A stretch of DNA of 63,319 nucleotides, filler included, from Octopus bimaculoides (lineage: Eukaryota), in NCBI RefSeq assembly GCF_001194135.2. It is 6 parts of 6 records of this genome, joined end to end, with 100 filler letters (N's around TTAATTAATTAA, not from the genome) between each part and the next. Parts side by side here need not be neighbours in the genome. Positions count along the whole stretch, not along the records: positions 50,015 to 59,429 come from NC_069001.1; positions 59,530 to 61,583 come from NW_026423446.1; positions 61,684 to 63,319 come from NC_068995.1; 3 more parts are not named here. One strand, written 5' to 3'. The notes beneath the pieces are model-generated. The model was not told the DNA's origin and made no database searches. It saw only the letters and a program-made list of their open reading frames with translations. The stretch's first letter is position 1; each line of letters starts with the position of its first letter. Of the stretch, positions 50,208-63,035 are shown in pieces. The position numbers and the translations under genes are program-made.

Positions 50208-51500
50208 CGTGTGATTTTGTGTGTATGTATGCACATTTACATGTATATGATATAAAATTCATTTGAACAAAGACAGTCTCGCACACTGAATGATATTAAC
50301 TATCAAGTAACTTTACCTCATTGGCAGGAAACACAAGGTGGGAGAAATTTTATCAATCTATTTTAGCGTCTAATTACTTCTCTATAATTATTATAAGTGA
50401 ACATGGATGTGCCGATTACTTTAATTTCATTTCAATCGATTCTGTTTATAGAAATCACTTAGAAAGAAATAAAACGGAACGTATTTATTCAATTTTGCAT
50501 CTGATTATACTTTTACAGTTTTCCATCTGTCTAATTGCTATCAAATAATAAAACAACTATTTGTACATTATATATACTTAGCCCGCCCATACCGTTCATA
50601 AATAAGTTTATTGAGGATATAAACAGATTTAACGATAGAAACATTTATCTTTTCTTTATCGGTACTTCTTTCTGTATACTACTTTGTTCTCTTAGATTTG
50701 TTGTTTTTATTTTGCTTATTTCGCACCAAGTGTATTTTATATACAACCCACAGTCTGTCACGGCCTAAGAACTTAACACGTATCTTTAATTTGATTAAAT
50801 AAAATATGTAGTAACCACACACTCACACACATACATACACACACACACACACACACACCGCAAACGCTCACAGACAGATCAGGCAGACATTTTTGTAAAG
50901 ATGTATGCCACCCAAAATCTATTCAGCCCTAGCTTCTACAAGGTGTATTTTTCATGCGTTTTTATATTGGTGTCTCGACTATGTTTATTTATGCATATCT
51001 ACACATGTCTTATATGTTTATGTGAACGTGTGTGTATGCATTTATGTATATATGTTTATACATATTGAGATAATGATGCAAATAAACAAATAAACACGCT
51101 TGGGCTTGATATATAAAATATACATACAGACATATATACATGTACGTATATACAGAGATGTATACATAGAGAAAAACCAAAACTGAAAATTTTCAGAAAA
51201 TGAACGTACATGTATCACTATATAGATATTTATAAACCGGTAGATGCCAATCTCTTCACCCTGAAGACAGAGGCCGGTTTTATGTGCATCAACTATTGGT
51301 TGTATATCATTGATTTTTGAAATTCCGAGCTCCCAGAAACAGCTGTCGAACTCGAAATGTCAAGTCTCCTTATCTTAGTTTTCTGTACTTTTTGTACTTC
51401 ATGTAAGTCTGTGGTGTAAATGTGTAAATATATAAACATCTATATAATTATACATGATAATTCTTCTGAATATTTTCAGTCTTTGTATATCCCTATATAT

Positions 51501-52077
51501 GCCATAGCCATTCATAGTAAAAAGGAGTACTGGTGGAATGTCCCAGTGAAGACCTCAATAAAATTTTAATACCATAAACTTAATATAATGATTTGGGATA
51601 GAGAAGAGAAACTGTGTACAGTTGTGGAAATCAGCTACCCAGCGGATGTTAACAAAATTAAAGATCAGTGAAAAAGAGAATATCTACGCTGAACTATTGA
51701 GAAATCTACAGTTACTATATCCAGGTTTATACTTGTAATTATTGGGATACTGGGATATGTAACACACTGCCTAAATACCAATCTTCTGAAAACCAGAAAG
51801 GAGAAAGCTAATTTAAAGACTACAAATTCAAGCTATCACTGGAACTGTAAAAATCTGTTAAACATTCTATATGAGCATGTCTAGATATGCAAATATATGC
51901 ATGAAGATATATACATTATACAAGACATGCAAATCTGCACGTTTACGTACATACATACATACATGCCAAAATACCCTGTTGATAATGTTGAAATTCCAAT
52001 GAAGGAGTCTTGGATCAAGGTTAGAAACCGTCTCTTTCTTTATTGGCAAGAAATCCTGAAATAAAACTGAATAATGA
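51501..52077 (+). mobile_element. R4/Dong-like 3' fragment (same family as 28351-30855)
   Basis: Colinear with about 30255-30855, including the 3' UTR; ends CTGAATAATGA|CATACATAC. Confidence 0.85.
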
Positions 52078-52932
52078 CATACATACATACATATATCCAT
52101 TAAAGCTGATCCGTTACAAAGCATGTACATGCGATTGTTACGGTATATATGCATAACGTAAAATGAAAGAAATATTTAATCCCGCTACTTCCCAAATCGT
52201 TCGAGTGTTTGTCTCCTCTCAAATCTGTTATTTAGTGTTAACTCTTTTGAGATAATAAAGGAAGTTTTCACATTTCTTCATCTTCACCAACTCCAAATGG
52301 AATATGCAGTTCTATCAGAATAGATGAATCTTCGATTTTATGTTTTCTAAAAAGATAATTTATTTTTAGACTGACTCAAAGAAAGAAAGAGGAGCACCAA
52401 GAAAATATTTAGGATACATGTTGATGAAGATTTGAAAAGCATGATTATTTAGCTGGAACACAATTGCAACATCTTAATATATTTAAACATCTTGGGATTC
52501 ATGTGCAAGAAAGTATGTTGCTATATCACTAGATAAAAAAAATTCTAACATATCTTTACATATCCTAATATGTATTCACAGGTGATCAGCGTTTTTCATA
52601 TTGTTAGACATAACGGATTATGGACACTATACCAGTGAAGATTGAAGATCATGTAAGATTTTCAACTTGTATATTTCAACGAAGCCTTATTATATCGTAA
52701 ATTAACAATCCGCTGAACGAATACATTCAACGAACATTCTGTCTGCTACTAAACCATTTAAGAATTAACTCCAAAACAGAGGTCATGTCGATATAGTCAA
52801 GCAAATTGAATGGATCATACAATATTCTTCATGTAATACATACGGTTCACGTCACAAGTGCTGAAAGTAGAAAAGAACTGAAAATGCTATCTTCATTAGA
52901 GCGTGTGGACAAGAGAACAACAGCGTCGACGA

Positions 52933-52968
<36 letters not shown>

Positions 52969-54489
52969 CAACAACAACAATCATAAGCAAAGATAGTATT
53001 CTACTTATGAAACGGGAGGAGAAAACTACATTGATGATGGTCGAAAGTGTAAAGAAGGAACGTAAAAGTAGCAACAAGAAAAGCAGCAGCGGTAACAGCA
53101 GCATGAGGAAAAGTAGCCACTTTGGCAGCGGCGGCATTTGCAGCAGCATCCGTGGTGTCGGCGACAATAGCAGAAGCAGAAGTAGTGGCGGCGGCGTTAA
53201 CAACGATGGTGGCAGCAGCAACAGCAACGTTAGTGGCGACAGAAAAAGGAATGGACGAAGCAGTGGCAGCAACAGTCGTAGGGATGTAGGCGACAGCAGT
53301 AACAGCACTACCCATAGCAACAATAGCAAGGCTTTTCTCGCTGGGGTGGTTGATGTAAAAGAAATTTTTGCTCTCAGATGCAGTTAGATTTAGGAAAATT
53401 GCGTGGAGAAGGGTAGAGCTTGTTCCTCTCCTGAAACTGTAGCAGCTACTGCTAGTAAAAAGGTTACTTACAGATGTGTTAGTGTTAAATCTAGGCGACT
53501 GGAAATTGCTGAAAACGCTCAAATTGAAAGAGCCCTCCACAATATAATCAGAACATTGACCGTGTAACTTATGTAGGGCATCGTCTACTTCGTATCAGCC
53601 AACTGATACTGAAGAGAATAAACAAAAGGCAAATATAACACGAATAACAATAGCAAAAACAACAAGAACAACACAAGCAATTAAGACACCAAAAAGTTTC
53701 ACAATTATTGAAAATGTGACAAGATGATGCACATTTTTATTCGTCGGGGTGGAGGTGTTAAATATATTATCAGATGCACACTGATCAACAATTCCATCAA
53801 CACCAAAAACTGATCTTGTATAATTAACAAATGGACAGGCTGAAAAATGCCTGACATGTATACGGAATGGAAACATTAACCTTTTATGGTAATCATTTTG
53901 GAGCATCAGATGTAACAAAGAGTCTCCAATTGACTTTGTCGTTCATCTGAAGGATTCGGAATACCTGCTAAGTTTTACTTACAAACTGAAAAGACTGATA
54001 AAGGCGAAGGCGAAGGTGTAGTATATTTTAGCAGAAACAAGCACATGGTGGTTGACATGCGCTATAATAAGCGATAAAGAAAATGAAAGAAGCATCATTC
54101 ACATAGGTAAATATCGCTAGGAGAATGGGTAGTCAGGTACCTGTATGGAGATTCTCAGATAGGAAGAAACTTGAAACATTGAGAAGATACACTACCTTCT
54201 CATTTCTCCAAACGAACACAATTCTCGGTAAAGATGGACGGTTGAAGGCCTAGATGTCAAACACCCATTTCAGTGCTTTCTACATACAACAACAACGAAA
54301 GTCTGACAGCAGACCCACGCTCATGTCAACGCCATCTCAAAAAATAACATCATCTTCAACAACAAAATTAACAAGAAAAACCGCTACTACAACCGCAACA
54401 GCAGTAACAGAAGGAGAATATAGTGTAGTAGTAGTAACAACAAAAACAGCATAAATTAAAATAGCAAAAGATCCAGTGATAACAGCTGC

Positions 54490-54620
54490 AAGAAGAAGAA
54501 GAAGAAATAAGAGAAGAAGAAATAGGAGAAGAAGAAATAGAAGGAGGAGGAGGAGGAGAAGAAGAAGCAGAAGAAGAAGAAGAAGAAGAAGAAGAAGAAG
54601 AAGAAGAAGAAGAAGAAAAC
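54490..54620. repeat. (AGA)/(AGG) repeat
   Basis: Direct inspection; source of the poly-Arg and poly-Ser ORFs. Confidence 0.95.
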
Positions 54621-54983
54621 AAGCATTCCTAAAAGAACAGGTATCGATACCACATCTACTCCATAAGAAAACCTCAAAGCATTGCCATCGTCATCCACGC
54701 ACATATGGACACACAACCACAGACTCACCTCCCACCTCAGCTCCTACGAGTCATGAATCTTGTCTATTTATGAAGTCGAGGTAAGAAACCAAACTAAAGA
54801 GAACTGTCATGGAAGGAAGAAATAGTCGGGGAAACCAGTGGCCTGATGGCAAAAGCAAGTTTATTCAAAGGTGGATGGGTGTAGATACGCTTCAAGGTCA
54901 TAACACATCCAATTCAAAATCTCGAAAGCAACAAAAACAGAAACTTAAATGGAAATCACAAACAAGCCACAACCAGAATCACA

Positions 54984-55058
<75 letters not shown>

Positions 55059-56021
55059 AAAATGAGAGAGAAGAAGGGAGAATGTGTCATAAGATCAACA
55101 ACAGCAACAACTGAACGTACAAGAAAATACTTCATTATTGTTCGAAAGAACAATATTAAATTGTTCGAGGACGTGAAAAGTAACAAAATCATAGCTACTA
55201 ATGGGAATGCCTTTGAAGAGCTCCTCCACACGATTTCCAGGCAGGATTTATTCAAAGAAACAGAAATATACAGGTAGATGGAAGTGTATTTTCACTTTGA
55301 GATTAGGCATTCTAAAAAAGGAGTCCAATAAATATGAAATGGAATAAAAGCTTTCCAAAATTCACTGAATCAAACGACGATCTCGAGAACCAATGTGAGG
55401 GACCACTCCCATTTCCTTTTCTGCGACAGACATGAATATCTGTCCTCACAAACGATTTCTAAACTATGGGCCGAGCGAACAGAGGTCATGGAGCATATGG
55501 CCTTGCTTCCCAGCTGATCCCTGCCCGGGATTGCTCCTTTGCTCCAACCATTAAGGATCAAGAACATTAAAAAAAACCCCAAAAAACAAACAAGAAAAAA
55601 CAACAACCAAAACGTCGACTTGATGGAGTTTTAATTTACGGAAAGTAAGCAACGTATTTCAAGGAGCACTACGAGAAGATTTACTGTTTTGGTAGAATTA
55701 CGTTTTACAGTAGCAAAGAAAATCTCTATTAATCTATAAGTTGTTGATAGAGTATCTGTCTTCAAGACAATATATTACCTGTATGGATCACATGATTTAA
55801 TAACAGGGAAAAGTCCTCTTCCCCACGACAGGTATTTGTGTGCGTGTGCTTGTGTTTGTGTGTGCATGTGTGTGTGTGCGTGCGCGTGTATAGTGCGTGC
55901 ACTTGCGTATGTATTTGAGCTTTGTGTCCGTGTAAAAAATACAGAAATATATACAAACATACATGACGTACGCACACGTGCGTGCTCACACGTATTCATA
56001 CGTGCACATATACTACATGTA

Positions 56022-57488
56022 CACCCAGAACCACGCTAATAGCTTTGGAGTGAAATATAGGATTTCTCGGTTTTCTGTGAATCGATTTTGATAAAGCTGG
56101 TTTTCACACTTTGGCAACACCATTGTTACGTTTTCATTATTCTGTGTAACGACCTTTATTTTTAATTTCAGATTCTACAGTTTTTGGGCGAACCACGCTA
56201 ACAGCTTTTGAATGAAAATAGCCCATTTAGACATTTTTTTTTTCAGAAAATGAAGGGTGATGATACATATCAAGAATACATTGAGTATATATTTAACAGA
56301 AAACCATAATGATATTATAACATTTATTGGCATAATGAACTATTTTGCTACATTTAGCCTTGAAATCTGTCAATTTCTTTGGCTGGATTGCCTCTGCTGC
56401 AGCTTTGATGGTCGCCCATAAGACATCCCTCGACGTAAATTGGCGTCCATCGGCATAAACATCTTGCTTAATGATAGACCAAAAATTTTCGATAGGGTTG
56501 AGATCCAGAGATGCTGGCGACCACACCATCAACCTTTCACCTTGTATGCTGTAAGACCCTAGTATTGTTTAGGTGGTCCTAGCGGAGTGGGAGGGAGCAT
56601 TGTCATGCATGAATACGAGATTCCTTAGAAGTAACAGCGGTATGTCACCTAGCCCCTTCCAGGAGATTTCAGTAGGCGACTGCAGTCAATTTAACCCCTT
56701 CAGGCACCTTGATGGGCCAACAAGTCTGTCCTCAATGACAACAGCCCACAACATGACCTTGTTGACGTCGTAAACGTTGGTGACGCTCATCTCTAAAATA
56801 GACTCAGCCATTTTCCCAACCGTCATGTCGATCAAAGGTCGCCTTGGTTTCGTCAGTGAACAGAACACATCTCATGTCTAACGCCATGTACTTTTGGGCC
56901 CAGATTGAAGCATCAAACTCCTGTGATGGGGCGTTAAAGAAGGCAGTTTCAGGGGTTCTCGCACATAAGCTATGGTCCCGAAGATGCGATTTCTGGTGGT
57001 TTTCGGTACACGAGGAAGACCGGAGGCTTTGCTTGTTTGTCCAGGTTTCCCACGTAACTTGCGGCCAATATTCCTTAAATCCCTAGCTGTCACAGTTTTG
57101 GTGGTCCCACAATCGGATCGTTTCTTCAATGGTGAAGGCTCAGTCAGGAATCGTCTAACCGTGTCCATGTGACGACCTAACGTCTCCGCAATGACATGAA
57201 GAGAGGTGCTTTTAGCAGTTTCCTTGATGATGACAGACTTTTCTTCATCATTAAGGCCTTTTCCACGTTCAATTGTTCTTAGAGAGGAGAGACGCTATTG
57301 GCGTGGTTCACCAAAAACTGAAGAATCTGAAATAAAAAGAAAGGACGTTACACAGAATAAGGAAAACATAACAATGGTGTTGCTTGCTATAGTGTGCAAA
57401 CCAGCTGGGAAAGTTTTATCAAAATCAATTCACAGAAAACCGAAAAATCCTAAATTTCACTCCTAAGCTATTGGCGTGGTTCTGGGTG
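56022..57488 (-). mobile_element. Tc1-like transposon, DD37E spacing (TRT-like), about 190-bp IR/DR TIRs, degraded transposase
   Basis: TIRs 56022-56205 and 57294-57488; VLFTDE, RLRRQQG, FMHDNAPSH, LNPIENFW with 37 residues between the second D and the E. Confidence 0.9.
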
Positions 57489-57519
57489 ATGAACTCTCCT
57501 GTCGAAGACGACGTATGAG

Positions 57520-57795
57520 CGTTCAACTTTTGCTGAACGACCTGCACAAATGATTTTGTTTATAATGATCAAATGTTAGTGTCGCACATTAGCTCACTCC
57601 CTCCATCAAATCGACGTTTCCCGAATAGGTGCACAAGTGTGCCACACGTCGGGTGTCGAAGTGATCACAGAACAACATGTGATGAAGTGTTTTGCTCAAG
57701 AACACAACGCACCACCCGGTGTAGGAATTGAAACTATCCGGTCTAAAATTTGAAACCACGATCCCGAGATCGAGAGTGCAAAACCCTAATCACGA
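57520..57795 (-). mobile_element. tRNA-derived SINE (another family)
   Basis: Minus-strand head GATTAGGGTTTTGCACTCTCGATCTCGGGATCGTGGTTTCAAATT; body resembles family D. Confidence 0.55.
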
Positions 57796-58314
57796 TGCAT
57801 ATAAATATGCATAAATACATAGACATATATACACAAAACGACATAAAAACATACGTAAACACATACACATTACATACATATTTATATTTATACATCCAGA
57901 CCTACATGCATAAACACACATTAAAATCACGAATATGTTAATCCTTATTATTACCAAACTTTATTATTCTTACTTATATAAGGTTGATTCTTTTGATTGA
58001 GTATTTTATTATTTCCTTATTCATCTTTTATGTTTAATTCAGGCCTATAATATTCTTATATCCATTAGTCTGGCTTCGCAAGAATTCTATAATCTTTTAT
58101 CATATCGAACTTTTGTTAATGGCATATTATTGTTATGTGGTAAGTCGTAAAGGTTCTTGAGAATAGTTATATAGCTGATCAAATCAGCAAACCTACATTT
58201 ATATCACACAATTGTAAGTCCTGGTGGATTTCAGGGTATTTAATTAGGTTTGTATTTTGTCATTAGTATAGTTTCTATAATTATACTTCTAATTGTATTT
58301 TTCTTTGTCGAAGT

Positions 58315-58432
58315 CTGCGTAGATATGGCTTTGTGGTTAAAAAGCTCGCTTTACATTCATGTTGTTTCGAGTTGAGTTCCATCGAGCGGCACCTTGAGCA
58401 AGTGTCTCCTACTATAGCCCCAGACCGACGAC

Positions 58433-58479
<47 letters not shown>

Positions 58480-58500
58480 TACACACACACACACACACNN
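58315..58500 (+). mobile_element. Family A SINE 5' part with internal deletion
   Basis: GGCACCTTGAGCAAGTGTCTCCTACTATAGCCCCAGACCGAC joined directly to the (TA)n tract. Confidence 0.7.
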
Positions 58501-59361
58501 NNNNNNNNNNNNNNNNNNNNNNNNNNNNNNNNNNNNNNNNNNNNNNNNNNNNNNNNNNNNNNNNNNNNNNNNNNNNNNNNNNNNNNNNNNNNNNNNNNNN
58601 NNNNNNNNNNNNNNNNNNNNNNNNNNNNNNNNNNNNNNNNNNNNNNNNNNNNNNNNNNNNNNNNNNNNNNNNNNNNNNNNNNNNNNNNNNNNNNNNNNNN
58701 NNNNNNNNNNNNNNNNNNNNNNNNNNNNNNNNNNNNNNNNNNNNNNNNNNNNNNNNNNNNNNNNNNNNNNNNNNNNNNNNNNNNNNNNNNNNNNNNNNNN
58801 NNNNNNNNNNNNNNNNNNNNNNNNNNNNNNNNNNNNNNNNNNNNNNCCCCTCTCTCTCCCCTCTCTCTCTCTGTATGTATTATCTTTCACAAATTATTTC
58901 ATTTTGTTTTAAACTGCGTCTTCTTATCTTTACTTTCATTTCATGAACAACTCATATCACGCACAACTCATTTTTCAAAAATTTCAGAAATATGTTAAAT
59001 GAATCATGAATTCGGATTCAACGGGAAAGGTTACATCAATACATCAAATTTGCAAATTCTCACTTAGTTTTAATATTTCAAAATCTGTGACAGCAACAGA
59101 AAAGATCTTTCACGCTCTATTTGTTTAGCTCTTTCATTTTTCGTTTTTCTCATGGTAAACTTTCCATCTCTCTATATATTTACCATACTATCTCTCACTA
59201 TCTATACATGTATATCGCTTAGGCAATTTGTGGGCGTTTGTCAGTGTGTTGGTATGGATGTGTGTAAGGCATTTTATTAGAGTGACAGTGTGATTTAAAA
59301 AAGGTATGTAAAAGGTAATTATTTCAATAGCATACTTTTGTGTTTGTTAATGTCTTTCTTA

Positions 59362-59429
<68 letters not shown>

Positions 59430-59529
59430 NNNNNNNNNNNNNNNNNNNNNNNNNNNNNNNNNNNNNNNNNNNNTTAATTAATTAANNNNNNNNNNNNNNN
59501 NNNNNNNNNNNNNNNNNNNNNNNNNNNNN
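59430..59529. other. Scaffold-join gap with artificial spacer
   Basis: 44 N + TTAATTAATTAA + 44 N. Confidence 0.95.
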
Positions 59530-59659
59530 GGCAGAAGCTCCTTTCCACCTAACCTCTTGAATGCAACATACATCAACACGCCTCCTTTCAAGCACCTCTA
59601 CAATCTCGTTAGATTTGGCGATGTGGTTAGATTTGGTGATTTGGTGATGTGCTCTGCTT

Positions 59660-60100
59660 AAGAGGCCCTGTCAAGCCAAGTGCACCCGTGATGGTGGCAC
59701 GTAAAAAAAAATTCAACCTTTTAACGTTGGACTACACAGAGGCAAAGTGGCTGAGTTCCTTTCGAGCGTTTGGCCCCCATGGAGGCGAAGTGGTTGAGTT
59801 CCTTTCGAGTGTTGGGCCTCACGGAGGCAATAACCAAGACTTTTGGCATTATATCGTACTTGAGAAGAAGACCCATCAAGCCGAGCAAAATTGCAGTCGT
59901 GGCAGTTACCGGTGTCAGACAAATCAGCGCGTAAACGCAGCCCGTTGTCACGCAAATGGTTGGCGTTAGGAAGAGCATCCAGCTGTAGATAACCATGCCA
60001 AATCAGACAGTAGCGTGGTGTGACTTTCTAACGTGCCAGCCCAGTCAAACCGTCCAACCAGTGCCAACATGGTGAACGGGCATTAAATGATGATGATGAT
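59660..60100 (+). mobile_element. RTE-like LINE 3' UTR
   Basis: GGTTGGCGTTAGGAAGAGCATCCAGCTGTAG motif typical of RTE 3' ends; ends CATTAAATGATGATGATG. Confidence 0.7.
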
Positions 60101-61542
60101 AGTGATTACATATATATATATATANNNNNNNNNNNNNNNNNNNNNNNNNNNNNNNNNNNNNNNNNNNNNNNNNNNNNNNNNNNNNNNNNNNNNNNNNNNN
60201 NNNNNNNNNNNNNNNNNNNNNNNNNNNNNNNNNNNNNNNNNNNNNNNNNNNNNNNNNNNNNNNNNNNNNNNNNNNNNNNNNNNNNNNNNNNNNNNNNNNN
60301 NNNNNNNNNNNNNNNNNNNNNNNNNNNNNNNNNNNNNNNNNNNNNNNNNNNNNNNNNNNNNNNNNNNNNNNNNNNNNNNNNNNNNNNNNNNNNNNNNNNN
60401 NNNNNNNNNNNNNNNNNNNNNNNNNNNNNNNNNNNNNNNNNNNNNNNNNNNNNNNNNNNNNNNNNNNNNNNNNNNNNNNNNNNNNNNNNNNNNNNNNNNN
60501 NNNNNNNNNNNNNNNNNNNNNNNNNNNNNNNNNNNNNNNNNNNNNNNNNNNNNNNNNNNNNNNNNNNNNNNNNNNNNNNNNNNNNNNNNNNNNNNNNNNN
60601 NNNNNNNNNNNNNNNNNNNNNNNNNNNNNNNNNNNNNNNNNNNNNNNNNNNNNNNNNNNNNNNNNNNNNNNNNNNNNNNNNNNNNNNNNNNNNNNNNNNN
60701 NNNNNNNNNNNNNNNNNNNNNNNNNNNNNNNNNNNNNNNNNNNNNNNNNNNNNNNNNNNNNNNNNNNNNNNNNNNNNNNNNNNNNNNNNNNNNNNNNNNN
60801 NNNNNNNNNNNNNNNNNNNNNNNNNNNNNNNNNNNNNNNNNNNNNNNNNNNNNNNNNNNNNNNNNNNNNNNNNNNNNNNNNNNNCATGCATAAAGAGAGA
60901 GACAGACAGAGAGAGACATTGATAGAGTGGTAGAAAGAGAAACACAGCGACAGAGTAAGAAAGATACGAATAAGATATGTAATAAGTAATAACGGGGGGG
61001 GCGGAAAAAATCTATCCGCGTATATATAATACCACAGCGACATCAATTCCTCAATAGACATAAATGAAAAATATCAATATTAATAATATTTATCTGTATG
61101 AAAGGGAGGAGGAGGAGAAGAGAGAGTTAATATAAATGTGTGTGGGGTGGGTGGGTGTGTGCGTGCGCGTGATATAAAGTGATAGAGCAAAATATTAAAT
61201 ATAATATAATATTTATAGATTTATTATTATATAGATTTATTATTATATATATATACATTATATTATTCCTTCCTTTCCTTATAAATAAATTTCCACATCA
61301 ATGGAGTCTCGAAGCAAGAAAGAGAAAAACAATGTCTGGCCTCTTTGTAACGCGTTTGTTCTTTGTTGTTTTTGTTGTCACTGTTATCGTTGTTGTTGTT
61401 GTTGTTGGGGTGGTGGTGGTGGTGGTATCCGTAAGGCCAGCCCTAACTAGGAAGACCTATGACCAAAGCTGATCCAACCGTGCCCATCTTGTGTGTGTGC
61501 ATGTATAGATATATAGATAGATAGAGAGAGAAGGGGAGAGAA

Positions 61543-61577
<35 letters not shown>

Positions 61578-61583
61578 GAGAGA

Positions 61584-61683
61584 NNNNNNNNNNNNNNNNN
61601 NNNNNNNNNNNNNNNNNNNNNNNNNNNTTAATTAATTAANNNNNNNNNNNNNNNNNNNNNNNNNNNNNNNNNNNNNNNNNNNN
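61584..61683. other. Scaffold-join gap with artificial spacer
   Basis: 44 N + TTAATTAATTAA + 44 N. Confidence 0.95.
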
Positions 61684-61684
61684 A

Positions 61685-62000
61685 CTCTTAATTGCTTTAC
61701 CTACTATGGTACTGTCAACTCGGATAGCTGGTCCTTCTGTTGGGTCGACATTCGGTAGACTCTCTTTCTCCCATTCATTCTCTTTATTGAGCAATCTTTC
61801 ATAGTGGCATCTCCAAACATCTTTCCTTGCAGCCTCGTTTAGTGCAAGTGCACCATCATCCATGCGAACACATTTCTCTCCCATGACATCACGATTCTCT
61901 CTCACACAGTCTTGCAACATGAAATACCTCAAGTCCTTGGTCCTCACAGCGCAGAACATTGGCAAATTTTTTCTCATCTGCTTTCCCTCTGGCTAAATAA
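61685..62000 (-). mobile_element. RTE-like LINE ORF fragment (endonuclease-RT linker)
   Basis: DVMGEKCVRMDDGALALNEAARKDVWRCHYERLLNKENEWEKESLPNVDPTEGPAIRVD..KAIKS. Confidence 0.75.
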
Positions 62001-62239
62001 ACCGATTTTAATCAAATGCATTTCCATGTGATGTTGTTATGATTGTGGAATGCGTCGTATATTTATGAGCTTAAATAACACCCATCCTACATCCCCCTAC
62101 AAGAAGACTAACACAACTTCAACTAAAGCGTAAGGCTTTCTTTACCTAATGCTATTATTATACCACCATATGCATTAATATATCCACTAATTGTTTCTCC
62201 TACATCTCTCACACCATGAACTCTTAACATACTCCTCAA

Positions 62240-62291
62240 CATTCTGAAGAGATCTGCCTAACCATTAGGCAAATTGAAACGTGCGTAAATG
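62240..62291 (+). ncRNA. Minimal type I hammerhead ribozyme
   Basis: Stem I CATT/AATG; CTGAAGA 62244-62250; 11-bp stem II with one mismatch and a G.U closing pair; GAAA 62276-62279; stem III CG-TG-CG; cleavage triplet GUA. Confidence 0.75.
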
Positions 62292-63035
62292 ACTCATTAC
62301 ATAACCGCCACATAATTAAAACAATGGCTAACTAGCCCAACCAAATTGCTTCTTCTTGTATTTTGTTGCTCCATTTTCCACATAAATATAATTATAAACT
62401 ACGGTTTAAACAATAAATTACCTGCCTCTGGATGCCCTCTAACGAAGACGGTACCCACACAAGTAATNNNNNNNNNNNNCATTCCAGTAGTAAGTATCCA
62501 TGTAAAGTAATCCTTGTGGGTATAATCCAGAAATAGTTGCTGCAGCAAAGGCTGAGATAGCAGAGGTGAATATATTCCATATTGTATCTGAGGTATTTTG
62601 CTTGTGTTCACTTGAAGGAAGCCCAGGTGAAGTGAGAAGAGTGCCTAGGGTAAGTAGGTCAAGTCTTCAAGACAGAGTGGGAAGGGGATAGAGGAAAGAT
62701 TCAGGTGTAGAATGGTAGTGGTATATTTTTATGGTCAGTTGATCTGACTGGATAGAGAGGATGAGTATAGTGAGGGAATGAGGGAGGGGGGATGAGGTTA
62801 AATAGTTTAGTGAGGAGGAAGGAATGTGCAGAGGCAGTATAAAGGTGGTGGGGGTATGGGTGACAAACCAAGAACAGTAATAAAGGGAGAGAGGATAGGT
62901 AGTTAGTAGTATCATATTCTAAAAGATAGCTAAACCTATTTATAGACGGTGGAATTGGGATTTAAAGTAATCAAAGTCTGTATGTGGTGGTGGTGTTATT
63001 GTCAAGTAGAGTGTAGAGGAAGTAGATTTTGGGAA

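Noticed and set aside
50321-50768. Two short hydrophobic ORFs
   Set aside because: AT-rich sequence yields I/L/F-rich peptides by default; no motifs.
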